The notes beneath the pieces are model-generated. The model searched no databases, was not told the DNA's origin, and saw only the letters and a list, made by a program, of their open reading frames with translations. 64,000 nt of DNA from Octopus sinensis (Eukaryota). Within the stretch, counting starts at the first letter, position 1. Every line of letters begins with the position of its first letter. The DNA lies in NCBI RefSeq assembly GCF_006345805.1, contig NC_043001.1:91574001-91638000 (forward strand). Reading direction: 5' to 3'. Both the position numbers and the translations under genes were made by a program. Below, in pieces: positions 50,376 to 63,501 of this stretch.

Positions 50376-51433
50376 CTAGCAGAGATACCCGGCGTTGCCC
50401 GGTTACATTCAATTGAAGAATTAGACTTTTCTGTTATATTTTCTGAATGAACTGGAATATCTATGTTTCGAATTTCATCAAAATTGCAGATGAAGGTTAT
50501 TTCCCTCTTTACACACCCTAAAAAAATTGTAATTGTGCCACATGGAAACCAAAATACGAATGATCACAATAAGCAGTCAGTTACCCTACCCTAGTCGTTA
50601 CCACTCCCAATGTAGGATTCCTCACCATCCAGGTGACAGGCACAGCCATAAGATGCATTACGAATCTATAGCAATTGGAAGGGCGTGACCCAACTGAAGT
50701 CAACATTAACAACTGTGTGACGTGGGGGCTTAGGAGAAATTAAAGTGTCACTTCTGGAGTTTGCAAATGACCACTATACTGATACGTAACTGGACAATGA
50801 ATTAAAAATCTATAAATGTCTTTGAATAACCAGTCACTCATCTGGGAAGGCCTTGTAATAATCTGTTACCATCTGTTACCATCTGAAGACTATGTGTGAC
50901 CGAGTGATAATAAAAAGACTGAAAGGAGGTCTGCAATCAAATAACTTTGCTCAACACTTTGCAACTGAATCAGTGGAGACAAAGATACCTCTCATTTACT
51001 TAACAATTTATGCACCACATTGCAGAAATCACAATGTAAGTGTATGTCAAAGCAAACTGTTACACTGTTGTACCATTGAATTAGAAATAATGTCCAACTT
51101 TTATGCTCGGGTATCCCTACAGCTTCCAAGAGCACAACTGTATTCGTTTTTGCTTAGATAAAATGACAAAATTGTGGGTGTTAAGTCCCCATGGATGGGT
51201 CTTTCTAACTTTGTAAGAAGATGAAATTTTATAAATATTACTTCATTTGTGTTTAATATCTATGGTTAAAATTTCATCAACAGCAAAAATATATGAATTG
51301 TCATGGGGGTTATGGCCCTTATGCTTAGAATATAATTTCCGAAATTCATAAAGATCCATTCAGTACTTTTGACCTAGTTTTGGATCATAAAAGAAATGAC
51401 TAAAATTTGGGAGTTAAGGCTCTCATTAGGGTG

Positions 51434-51476
<43 letters not shown>

Positions 51477-54400
51477 AAATATTAAAATTACTAAGTCTCT
51501 CTAAAGGAGATTACGCCAGCGTCACTGGATATTAATAGTTATCGCCATGCTAATATGGTAGTCTATAAATATAAGACTAAAGCTGTCGCTGATTAGCTCC
51601 AAGAGGCCATCGCCTCTAGCTAGCTATTTTACACACGAACCTGCGTCCATTACAAACCTTCGAACACGGGAGGTCAGCCGCTTCACCTTGCTAGTCAGAC
51701 ATAGATATAGATATAGATATACACACACACACACAAAGATAAATTGACAGATACAACTGAGTGGGCGAACAAAAATATGAGACACAGCCTAGTGTTTTTT
51801 TATCTTGATAAGCCTAGTACTTATTCTATTAGTTTGTTCTTGTGAAACCAGTAAGTTTTGTGGATGTAAATAAATGAACAGCAGTTGTGAAGCAGTGATG
51901 AGGGCGAAACACAGACACAAAGACACACACATACACTTAAATATATACATATATATACGATTGATTTGTTTCAGTTCCTGTCTACGAAATCCATATATAT
52001 TGTTGTTGGCATCCTTTTTGTCTCGGGAGACAATGGAGTTGCGCATAAAATAATCTAGTCCGGCTTTTACATTTCATGTCCTAATACATCTCCTGCTGTG
52101 GCTGTGTAGTCCTATCCTGGACAAACACTCCCTCTGGCTGGTACCGCAAATGTAGCGAAGACTTTGCTCGGCTGGTTGGAATGTCATACTTTCTTGTTGA
52201 CGTATTTTCTTGTCTTTCCATTTCTCCTCTCCCTCTATGTCACTCCTTTGTGTTCCCTCTTTTACGGTACGTCGCCAATCTCCACGGTTGCTAGCAACTG
52301 CTTCCCAGTTGGTAATATTGATGTTGCAGGCATTCATGTCATTTTGGCAAACATCCTTGTATCGTAAGAACGGTCTTCCCACAGACCTAGTGCCCCTAGC
52401 AAGCTCTCCGTTGAGTATGTCCTTAGGGATTCTGCCATCTTCCATACGGCTAACATGTCGAAGCCATCTCATACGTCTTTGTGTGAGGAGTGTAAACATG
52501 CTTGGTATTCCTGCTTGCTTGAGGACATCTTTGTTGGGGACATGATTTTGCCATTTGATGCGAAGGATTTTCCGGAGGCAGCGCAGGTGAAAGATATTTA
52601 GGCGACGTATGGCGTCGTATGGCGTGTGTATGGCGTCCAAGTCTCACTTCCATATAGTAGAGTGCTAAGCACACATGCCTGGTAAATCTTCATTTTTGTG
52701 GTCTTGGTCAGCTTATTGTTGTCCCATGCCCGTTTGGAGAGTTGGGCCATCACAGCAGCTGCCTTGCCAATGCGTATATTGAGCTCAGTATCAAGGGATA
52801 GGTTGTAGGTGACGGTAGAGCCAAGATAGGTAAACTTCTCCACCTCCTGTAGCCTGTAGTCTCCAATATGGATGTTTGGGATGGTCGATGTAGCCTGACC
52901 CATGATGTTGGTCTTCTTGAGGCTGATAAATAAGCAAAAGTTGCCACATGCTTGCTCAAAACAGTTGATGAGCCTTTGTAGGGCTTCTTCTGTGTGTGAT
53001 ACCAGAGTGGCATCATCAGCAAATAGCATCTCCTTGATCAGGACGCTTCTGATTTTGGTCTTGGCACGCAGACGCGAGAGATGGAACAGTTTCCCATCAC
53101 TTCTACTGTGCAGAAACACTCCATCATCTGATGACACAAAGGCATGTGACAGCAGCAGCGAGAAGAAGATGCCAAATAATGTAAGAGCAAGGACCCAACC
53201 TTGCTTTACCCCCGTTTTTATTTGGAAGGCGGCTGTTATTGAACCATTGAACTGTATGGTGCCTTGCATATCATCATAGAAAGATGTGATGATCCTCAGC
53301 AGCTTTGGTGGACATCCGATTTTTTGGAGCAGGATGAAGAGGCCTTTTCTACTTACCAAGTCAAAGGCCTTTGTCAGATCAACGAAGGCCATATATAATG
53401 GTATTTTCTGCTCTCTGGACTTCTCCTGAATTGGCGTATGGAGAATATCATGTCAATAGTTGATCTGCTTCTTCTAAAGCCACACTGTGATTCTGGATAA
53501 ATTCGAGAAGCAAGCAGTTGCAGCCTGGACAGGATAATGCGAGCAGAGGCCTTTCCAACAGTGCTTAGAAGAGATATTCCACGGTAATTTTTACAATCAC
53601 CACGGTCACGTTTTTGTAAAGCGTAATGATGTTAGCATCCCGCATATCCTGATGGACTGTACCCTCTTCCCAGCACTGACACAGAAGCTCATGAATGTGC
53701 TGAAACAGGATGGTGTTTTTGCCGGTTTTGATGATCTCTAAGGGGATGCCGTCTTTTCCCGGAGCCTTGTTACTTGCTAGGGAGTCAATAGCTTTGCTGA
53801 GCTCTGCTATAGATGGCAGACTGTCAAGTTCACACATGACTGGCAAGATCTTGACACCCTCGATTGCAGCCTCAGCTACCGTGGTCTCTCGTGAGTAGAG
53901 ATCCTGGTAGTACTCCACCCATCTATCCATTTGCTTGCTTTGGTCCTTGATGAGATCCCCAGTAGTTGATTTCAGAGGGGCTGACTTGGTTGCGGATGGA
54001 CTGAGGGCCTACTTCAAACCGGCATACATCCCACGGGTGTCGCCACTGTCAGCAGCTGACTGGATACTCTGACAGATTTCCTGCCAATACCTATTTGCAC
54101 AGCATCTGGCAGTCAGTTGGGTTTTATTTCTTGCCTTTCTGAGTTCTTCGAGTGACTTTATTACATCAGAGCTGCACGCTTTGTTTCGATAATTGTTTCC
54201 ATCTCTGAGAGCCCAGCACTGAACAAAATCTGGGTTTTGCCTTTCTCTCATGCTGAAAGTATCTACTGATGTGGTATACAAAACTTCCCTGATATAATTC
54301 CACCTACTTTCAGCAGAGGTGGTTAGGCAGCTACTGATGGCAACTTTGGTAGAAACAACAAAACATTGTCGCAGTGTAGGGTCGGAGGTTCTGGCAGTGT

Positions 54401-54727
54401 TAATGCGTGGTCGGCCCATTTTCTTAGAGTGATGGACTTTTTAGGCAGAATCCTCACCCTGCTTCTTATTAGTGAATGATCTGTGTCACAATCCGTGCTG
54501 TGGTAACTACGAGTCAGTTGAACAGAATTCAGAAAGAGTCTTCGTGTAATGATGAGATCCGACTGATGCCAGTGGTGAGATCTTGGATGTCTCCAAGATG
54601 CCTTGTGGGATGTCTTGTTGGCAAAGAATGTGTTAGTGATGCACAGGTTATGGTATGTGCAAAATTCAAGTAGTCTCTGGCCATTGTCATTCATGTTGCC
54701 AATACCAAAACACATACACTTACATAT

Positions 54728-54764
<37 letters not shown>

Positions 54765-55430
54765 CGATCGATTTGTTTCAGTTCCTGTCTACGAAATCGA
54801 TAAAGGGGTGGGTTACGTAGACAATTATTTAACAAATGCAACACAACAACGTTTCTCTGACGAGGAATCAACAAATGTGATTACAATAGTCAAACAGTAA
54901 TAATAATAACAACAAACCTTTTTAATTTATCCCCATTTATGCGAAACTACTTATTCAAGTTCAAGTCATTGATGCAATTTTATACGAATTGCTAATACAC
55001 ACACACATAATAAGGGTGAAAATTGAATAGTAATTTGATTAATATGAATTGAAAACCAGTGGTGTAGCATATAAGACCATAACAGATCTTCTTCTAGCAC
55101 AATAATGACCACTGTTAATGGTTCATCCCTGTTATATAATACTTTCACTTTAATAGTTTCAGTATTAAAGTGAATGTCTGCATTACAATAGAGAGATGTT
55201 TTTGTTTCACTTTTAACACGTAATACTGAAATAGTGGAGAAGATATGATATTGCTGTGGGGTCGCCCTATGGAAAAAGTTAAAATTTTTTTTGCCGATGA
55301 CACTCCCCGGAGCTTAAGTAAGGCATGTGCAAAATTTGAATGAAATTGGTTGTGTAGTTCTCAAGTTTTAGGGAAACACACAGACAAACAGACAGACAGA
55401 CACACATTCTCAGTTTTATATAGAGAGAGA
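50376..55430 (-). mobile_element. Non-autonomous Helitron (~5 kb including nested SINE and RTE)
   Basis: On the minus strand: 5' TCTCTCTCTATATAAAACTGAG at 55430; 3' CCGG-GCAACG-CCGG hairpin plus CTAG at 50376; inserted between A and T. Rejoined flanks reproduce the repeat at 49785-49830. Confidence 0.78.
51992..54709 (-). mobile_element. 5'-truncated RTE-clade (BovB-like) LINE, disrupted
   Basis: APE remnant GIGNMNDNGQRLLEFC..NLCITNTFF..WRHPRSHHWHQSDLII; RT KAPGKDGI, YRGISLLS-like, FVDLTKAFD, GVKQG, LFADD, KFTYLGS, LLYGSETW, RRMRWLRHV; 3' end TCTCCCGAGACAAAAAGGATGCCAACAACAA; 65-bp direct repeat on both flanks. Confidence 0.93.
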
Positions 55431-55868
55431 TAACAAAGCGTAAAATTAATTAATTAATTGACCACTACGTGGATGGGCAGGGGATGGTGATGAACCTCAT
55501 TCGTATATTTTGAATTTGGCGGTACTGGACGTTGAATATGATCTGTCTGATACTGTTAGTTGGAGAGGTATATTCAATTCTTCCAGTGCCTTCGGATTTA
55601 ATATTTTCAATATTTAATATTGTGAAGTTCCATGCTGATGAAGAAAATGTTCGGGTAAAGTATAAATTCTACATTCTTTATACCGATCTAATTCCGAAAC
55701 GCATACAGGCGATCCCTGCAGTACTCTTTCGCCACAACTTTCTCTCACTCTTTCTTCTGTTGGCCTACCCGCTTAGCCAGCGGGGTGGCGTCATTTGGAG
55801 GCTAAAACAATGCGAAGCGCATTGTGACCAGCGATGTGTAGCAACATCTGATAACCTGGTCGGTCACG

Positions 55869-55940
<72 letters not shown>

Positions 55941-57007
55941 ATATACGATCGATTTGTTTCAGTTCCTGTCTACGAATCGATAAAGGGGTGGGTTACGTAG
56001 ACAATTATTTAACAAATGCAACACAACAACGTTTCTCTGACGAGGAATCAACAAATGTGATTACAATAGTCAAACAGTAATAATATAACAACAAACCTTT
56101 TTAATTTATCCCCATTTATGCGAAACTACTTATTCAAGTTCAAGTCATTGATGCAATTTTATACGAATTGCTAATACACACACACATAATAAGGGTGAAA
56201 ATTGAATAGTAATTTGATTAATATGAATTGAAAACCAGTGGTGTAGCATATAAGACCATAACAGATCTTCTTCTAGCACAATAATGACCACTGTTAATGG
56301 TTCATCCCTGTTATATAATACTTTCACTTTAATAGTTTCAGTATTAAAGTGAATGTCTGCATTACAATAGAGAGATGTTTTTGTTTCACTTTTAACACGT
56401 AATACTGAAATAGTGGAGAAGATATGATATTGCTGTGGGGTCGGAGCTTAAGTAAGGCATGTGCAAAATTTGAATGAAATTGGTTGTGTAGTTCTCAAGT
56501 TTTAGGGAAACACACAGACAAACAGACAGACAGACACACATTCTCAGTTTTATATAGAGAGAGATAACAAAGCGTAAAATTAATTAATTAATTGAACACT
56601 ACGTGGATGGGCAGGGGATGGTGATGAACCTCATTCGTATATTTTGAATTTGGCGGTACTGGACGTTGAATATGATCTGTCTGATACTGTTAGTTGGAGA
56701 GGTATATTCAATTCTTCCAGTGCCTTCGGATTTAATATTTTCAATATTTAATATTGTGAAGTTCCATGCTGATGAAGAAAATGTTCGGGTAAAGTATAAA
56801 TTCTACATTCTTTATACCGATCTAATTCCGAAACGCATACAGGCGATCCCTGCAGTACTCTTTCGCCACAACTTTCTCTCACTCTTTCTTCTGTTGGCCT
56901 ACCCGCTTAGCCAGCGGGGTGGCGTCATTTGGAGGCTAAAACAATGCGAAGCGCATTGTGACCAGCGATGTGTAGCAACATCTGATAACCTGGTCGGTCA
57001 CGGTGAT
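54764..57007 (+). repeat. Tandem duplication, period ~1181 bp (54764-55873 and 55945-57007)
   Basis: Near-identical units separated by (TA)n; copy 2 lacks ~45 nt after GGGGTC. Confidence 0.93.
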
Positions 57008-57027
57008 ATATATATATATATATATAT

Positions 57028-57081
<54 letters not shown>

Positions 57082-57250
57082 GACGGGCTTCTTTCAGTTT
57101 ATGTTTACCAAATCCACTCACAAGGCTTTTATGTCGGTTCGAAGTTGTAGCAGAAGGCATTTACCCAAGGTGCCACACAGTGGAACTGAGCCTGAAGCCA
57201 TGTGGCTGGGACAAAGAATCTTACCACACAGCTTTCCCTGGACGTATGTA

Positions 57251-57603
57251 TCTCTCTCTATATAAACGGCAGTTTGTCTGTGCGTTTTCTGTGTGTCTGT
57301 TTTCTCGTACCCTCACTCTGACCACGGCTTTCAACCGATTCTGATGAAACTTGACACACACATAGCCCAATGTCATAATTCAAAACTAACGCAGCGAAAA
57401 TTTTGAAAAGTTCCCCCAGTTCTGAAAAAAATCGATAAATTCGACATGGGGTCGAGAATCAGAAACCCAAACCACAGACCGTCAAAAAAAATTTACCATC
57501 ATTTTTTTTCCATTTTTTTTGCTATTTTTTGGCTATAACTCTCTAAAATTGCTTTATAGTTATTTCCCTTACAAACCTGAGCAACGCCGGGCGATACTGC
57601 TAG
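57251..57603 (+). mobile_element. Short non-autonomous Helitron (353 bp)
   Basis: A|TCTCTCTCTATATAAACGGCAG ... CCTGAGCAACGCCGGG-CGATACTG-CTAG|T: 5' TC, 3' hairpin plus CTAG, A/T insertion site. Confidence 0.85.
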
Positions 57604-57691
57604 TACGTATATATAAAAATATTTATATATGTGTGTGTGTGTGTGTGTGTACTGGCGTGTGTGTGAATGTGTTTGTGTTTGTGTGCATATA

Positions 57692-58394
57692 CAAGGGTTG
57701 GACAAAATAATGGAAACACCTAACATCATAGCACCATAATTTCGAAATATCTATAAAACCCCCAAAAGCTTGTTTATTTATTTATTTTTTTTATTTGTTA
57801 TTAGTATTGCTTAATATGTTTTGCTAAAATTGCTGTTTCTTTTCAGATATTAAAAAAAGGTCATTAAAATTCATTAAAATGACAGATCCATCAGACTTTC
57901 AAAGAGGTCAAATTGTTGGTGCTCGTAAGGCAGGCGCTAGCGTAACGAAAACAGCCGAAATGTTTGGTGTATTAAGAAGTACTGTCTCGAAGGTAATGAC
58001 AGCCTTTGAGAAAGAGGGAACAACCTCCTCGTCGAAACAGAACTCGGGAAAAAAGCCAAAACTTTCAGATAGAGACCGTCGGAATCTTACGCGAATTGTT
58101 AGAAAGGATCGCAAAAGTACAGCTCCCAAAAATACTGCGGAGTTTAATAATCACCTCGAGAATCCAGTTTCTACAAAAACTATTCGCCGGAAGCTTCACA
58201 AAACCGGATTTCACGGAAGGGCTGCAATCAGAAAACCACTACTTTCAAAATCAAACGGAGCAGTGGGAAAATGTTATTTTCACGGACGAGTCATCCTGTA
58301 CCTTATTTCCAACCACTGGCCGATTTTACATGTGGAGACTGCGAAAAGAAGTATTTGCCCCAGACTACCTTCTTCCAACTGTTAAACAGAGAGG
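57692..58394 (+). mobile_element. Tc1-like transposon, 5' half (same family as 48624-49682)
   Basis: TA|CAAGGGTTGGACAAAATAATGGAAACACCT; MTDPSDFQRGQIVGARKAGASVTKTAEMFGV...RKPLLS; frameshifted WENVIFTDES; 3' truncated. Confidence 0.9.
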
Positions 58395-58576
58395 AATTTT
58401 AAATATATGGTATTTAAAATGTTAGCCGGTCAGTTTATAAAATATATATTAATGAAAAGCGAAAATTACAATAATCTAGGACAGTTATAGCAGTTTCTCT
58501 TAAAAAAGTCTCAAACTATTTGGAATCCACCTAATATACACACATACATACATACATACATACATACATACATACA

Positions 58577-58612
<36 letters not shown>

Positions 58613-58620
58613 TATATAAT

Positions 58621-58890
58621 ATCACCTTGATCACCTTGAGCGACCAGTCCGTCGGGCGTCCATTTGACACCGCTGGTCACAGCATGCTGTCCACTCCTCT
58701 CTGGATCGCGTCTTTCTTATCCATGTGATCCCAATCATCCTCCTGAAATCGTAACTCCAGCGTCTTGGAGGCCTTCTGGGTGGTCGTTTCCGCTCGCGCG
58801 GGTACCACTCGAGAACTGCGCGGGTCCACCGACTATCGGTGAGCCAGGTGACGTGTCCAGCCCATCTAAACTTGCTGCGTCTAAGTTTAG
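58621..58890 (-). mobile_element. RTE-type LINE, 3' terminal fragment
   Basis: KFRWAGHVTWLTDSRWTRAVLEWYPRERKRPPRRPPRRWSYDF; tandem tail (CAAGGTGAT)2. Confidence 0.85.
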
Positions 58891-58926
58891 ATGGTTTATA
58901 TATATATATATATAGATATAGATATA

Positions 58927-59155
58927 CAGGGTTGTCCAAAAGTCACCCGATAATCAATCAAGATTCCATAAATTCTATCTGTAATTCTGTATTGACTCGA
59001 ATGGAAAAATGTGTCGTTCAAGGACTTCAGTTTGAACAATTTTCGCGTTTCATATTCAGATGCATTTTATTGAATTCATTCAATTTTTTAAACAAAAATA
59101 AACCTTGGAATTAAATGGTTTTGATTTACTGTCAAGTGAATTTTGGCCAACTCTG
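58927..59155. mobile_element. Tc1/mariner-type MITE (229 bp)
   Basis: TA|CAGGGTTGTCCAAAAGTCAC ... GTGAATTTTGGCCAACTCTG|TA (17/20 TIR match). Confidence 0.78.
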
Positions 59156-60257
59156 TATGTGTGTGTGTGTGTGTGTAATATTTTTCAACTACTAAATAGC
59201 TGTCAATTGTGATGATAGGTATTATTTGCACAGTGTTTTGTGTATATATATAAACATTTTAAAAAACCGTATTACGCATGAAAAGTGATGCAGTAAATTT
59301 CTAATTGCTTCGGTTTATTTTTGTTAATTATATTGAGAATCTTCAAGTGTTGACTAACCAAGCGAACTCTCTCGAGCTAGTAGTAACTGATGACGCTAAA
59401 GTTACCACAATAATGATATTTGGTTGATTAATTTTCTAGTGGACACTTTCATATATACATTCTTATTCTATTATCATGGTATTCCGTCTGCCACTACATT
59501 CTGAGTGTTGCCTGAAAAAAATAACAAGGTAATTGGTTTTACAGTAAAATACGTGAATCAAACTATAAATTCCATATATACATATTTTTTATTCTTTTAC
59601 TTGTTTCAGTCATTTGACTGCGGCCCTGCTGGAGCACCGCCTACTGTGGGACAAATCGACCCCGGGACTTATTTCTTTTTATGCCTAGTACTTATTCTAT
59701 CAAACACATTTGCCGAGCCGCTAAGTTACGTGGTACCTAAGCACATCAACATCGGTTGTCAAGCGATGGTGGGGCGACAAACACACACACACACACACAT
59801 TGAATTCGGCAGGTTATGAAGTGAGAGCACTGAGAATCGGAAGGAATACAGTATTTGACATTCTGTTCTTGGAAAACAGAATTACACGAACCTTTTCGAC
59901 AGGAGTTTTCGTATTGCGTATAAGGTGTAAGCGGTTTTGTAGTTCATGTTCTCAAATATAGTTGTCCAGCATGCATGGCTAATATTGATTTCAAATTTTG
60001 ACAGAAGGCCAGCAATTTCAGGGAAGGGGTCAAAGTCGATTACACTGAGCCCAGTTTTCAACTGGTTCTTATTTTATCGACCCCGAAAGAATGGAAGGCA
60101 AGGTCGACCTCAGCAGAATTTGAACTCAGAAGGTGCAGATGGACGAAAAACCGTTAAGTATTTTGCTCGTCGTGCTAACGATTCTGGCAGCTCGTCGCCT
60201 TTACTGAGGGTTAATATTAACAGTAAGAAAACGTTGAAATCGACAAAAATCAATTTA

Positions 60258-60607
60258 TTTACCCTGCGCGTGTAAGCGAAAGCAGGGTATTGTTGTCGCT
60301 CGTCTTTGTCTGTGTGTTTGCAAAATTACTGGAAAACAGCTGAATAGATTTTTACCAAATCTAGCAGAAATACTCATTTGGTGGGTAGCTTGAAATGATG
60401 AAAATTTGGTTTGATTATCTTCAAAACTGGCGGACGGTTGATTCAAATTTTCTTTTGTTTACATACGCATAAACGATAAACAAGGAAAATAACTCTTGAT
60501 GTAATTTTGTTGAAATATGAATTCGCCTGGGAATATATTTATTAAATTATATTTTATTTTAACCATTTGTGTGCGCAGGGTGTGCATTGCCCCTCCGATG
60601 CCTTTTT
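60258..60607 (+). mobile_element. Helentron-associated (HINE/DINE-1-like) non-autonomous element
   Basis: 5' TTTACCCTGCGC with nearby GCAGGGTA; 3' subterminal inverted copy GCGCAGGGT, then stem-loop GCATTG/CGATGC and a T-run. Confidence 0.7.
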
Positions 60608-61527
60608 TTGTTTTTCATTTTTTATGAATTTCGTATTTAGTGAAAGATTGCCGACTGTTGCTTTCCGTATTTAGTGGAAGATTGCCGACTGTTCCTAGTC
60701 AGTTTAATTCTTTCTACTATAGGCACAAGGCCTGAAATTTTGTGGGAAGGTGTAAGTCGATTACATCGATCCCAGTACTCAACTGGTACTTAATATATCG
60801 GCCCCGAAAGGATGAAAGGAAAAGTCGAACTCGGCGGAATTTGAACTCAGAATGTAGTGGCAGACGGAATACCACTAAGCATTTCATGTGTGTGTGTGTG
60901 TGTGTTGTGTGTGTGTGTGTGTGTGTGGTGTGTGTGTGTGTATTACTATATTTTATAATTTGCTTGCATAGCAGGATACTCTTTGTATCAACTGTTAACT
61001 TAAAGAAAGATCATTGAGACTTCTGCATCCTACCGAAAGTATCACTCCTTCCAGCGGTGTCAAGTAGCTTTGCTGCTTCCAAGGAATGTCTGGGTTGTTT
61101 AGGCCTGCACTTAAGCACACATTCTCACTCATCCTTATCCATGCATCCACCACACGAAGCTGGGTGCAGTTATACGCTCTTCAGCCATGCAGCAATTATT
61201 TTTGCTTAGTACTCGCTCAAGCTTCTCTTTACTTTCAGGCTTGGCCACTTTTTCTGTGACTCCCCCACACACATAGCTACCAAATCAATGGTAAAACCTT
61301 TTCTCTGCAGCTGATGGCGCCGCCTTTTTCTGTCCTAAGTCAGATTCCAACCAGGTAGGTTACAATGGATTTAGCTACAAACCTATGAAATCTGACTTCG
61401 ACTCTCCTCGTGTCTCATATACTCCTTATAAGTATGTATGTATGTATGTATGTATGTATGTATGTATGTATGTATGTATGTATGTATGTATGTATGTATG
61501 TATGTATGTATGTATGTATGTAGTATA

Positions 61528-61695
61528 CAGGATGGGGTACTGAGAAGTTCTTGGCTTTCGGTAAAAGAAAATACAGAAGGATCTGTTAATTATGATTTTA
61601 TTCCAAATATTCCCTTCCCAGATTCACACACTTATTGCAATGGTCCTTCAGTTTTTCTAAGCCCTGTAAAAGAACTCGGAAGGTTGGGCCTCCAA
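61528..61695 (-). mobile_element. mariner 3' end fragment (second family)
   Basis: TIR-like TA|CAGGATGGGGTACTGAGAAGTTCTTGGCTTT; minus-strand WLEAQPSEFF...LEKLKDHCNKCVNLG resembles the mariner C-terminus. Confidence 0.65.
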
Positions 61696-62035
61696 CCAGA
61701 TCTCTGGCGGTACTCTTAAAGCTGCTATGGGTTGGACAGATTAGTAAGTTAGGGAGCTGCACCAGGCTCTAGTCTGATTTAGCATGGTTTCTATGTCTGG
61801 ATGCCCTTCCTAACGTCATACACACACACATATATATATATACATATATACGACGGGCTTCTTTCAGTTTCCGTCTACCAAGTCCACTCACAAGGCTTTG
61901 GTTAGCCCTAGGCTATAATGGAAGACACTTGCCGAAGGTGCTACGCCGTGGGATTGAAACCGGAACCATATGGTTGGTAAGCAAGCTACTTACCACACAG
62001 CTACTCCTATATATATTTATCTATATCTATATATC

Positions 62036-62066
<31 letters not shown>

Positions 62067-63470
62067 ATGTATATATGTGTGTGTGTGTATTATACATACA
62101 CACATATATATATATATATTTACATATATGCATAGAGGGAGAAAGGGAGACAAAGTGACAGATAGACAGACACGCTGACAAATTGAAACTTGTCTTGCAT
62201 CTGGTAAGAGAGTTACATGAAATGCTGTTTCTACAGCTGTTGAAAAGTACATGAAGATTACATTGCCTAGTCAAGAAACACAATCTCTTCGATTGTGTTT
62301 CTCGAACGCTGACCTTCCTAAATTACTTCTTACTTGACATGATCTTCCAATAATTCGGCATTCAACAGTAATCCACCCTATATAGTTTAACTCCTCTAGT
62401 TTTCTATGAAACAGAGTGGAAACTCGCACCCAAGTGTTGGCATCCGGTTTTTCATCATAGAATATATACTTGGATATCTATGATCACCGACTATATTTAC
62501 AATGAGACCTACTTATCTGACCTATTCTTTCATTGAGAAAGTCTTAATCCCACTAAGTGCCACCGGAAAAAATGCTATTGTTCCTAATCACATCACGTCA
62601 TAAAAAGCCGGTTATAAAACGCATTATACGTTACTCAACCTTCTGTTGCGTGAGCTGACCAATGTTGGAAATGCTAGTGACTTAGTGTTTGGTGTCTCAT
62701 CATAACCACGTAACTATGCTATAAATGATGAATAATTTAGCAAATATTCATTTGCAATAATAAGTTACATGCGTGGGCCAGCGGTTCGCTGTTAATGGAG
62801 CCTTTGTTGTTTACGAAAAAGCTGGGGAATGTGACTGATGATGAGAGCGGAACAGGGTTAATTGGTATGATGGTGTTTTGTAGACATAGAAAGTGAACCT
62901 GCTGGAAATATGCGTTTGTAAATCTATCAAGCATTTGCCAACGAGTGCAACACAAATGTTTGATGATTTATAGTTTTCTGAAGCCACGCATTTGTATATA
63001 GCAACATAAATAATTTCATATATTTTACATATAAGAAAATACTAATAAACACTTGGTTTACATAACTGGCGACCTTATTTTCGATGCTGTGCATATATAT
63101 ATATATATATATATATACATAATGAAAGACACAAATGGAAAACAAAACAAACAGCATAAAGAACGACCTATCATCAGTTGTTGGCTGTTTTTCTAGTCTC
63201 GTATTTCAAGCATTTAACAACAATATACGCTTTCGATAAAACAGTTGCTCCCGCAACGCAAATTAAATATAATCTGGGATTTTGCGGAGGGTCAAAATTG
63301 GTAACACAAACAGGGCAGTGAAAATAAACAGGAAGGGCTGCTAAGCCTAAACGAGGTTGTGGTGGCGAACGTGTAAATCAAGCTTAGACAGGAGACAAAC
63401 AAGAATACGTCTTCCTTGTTCCAACTACAACGGAGAGAAAGAAAGAAAAATGGGCCGATATATGTGTGTA

Positions 63471-63501
<31 letters not shown>

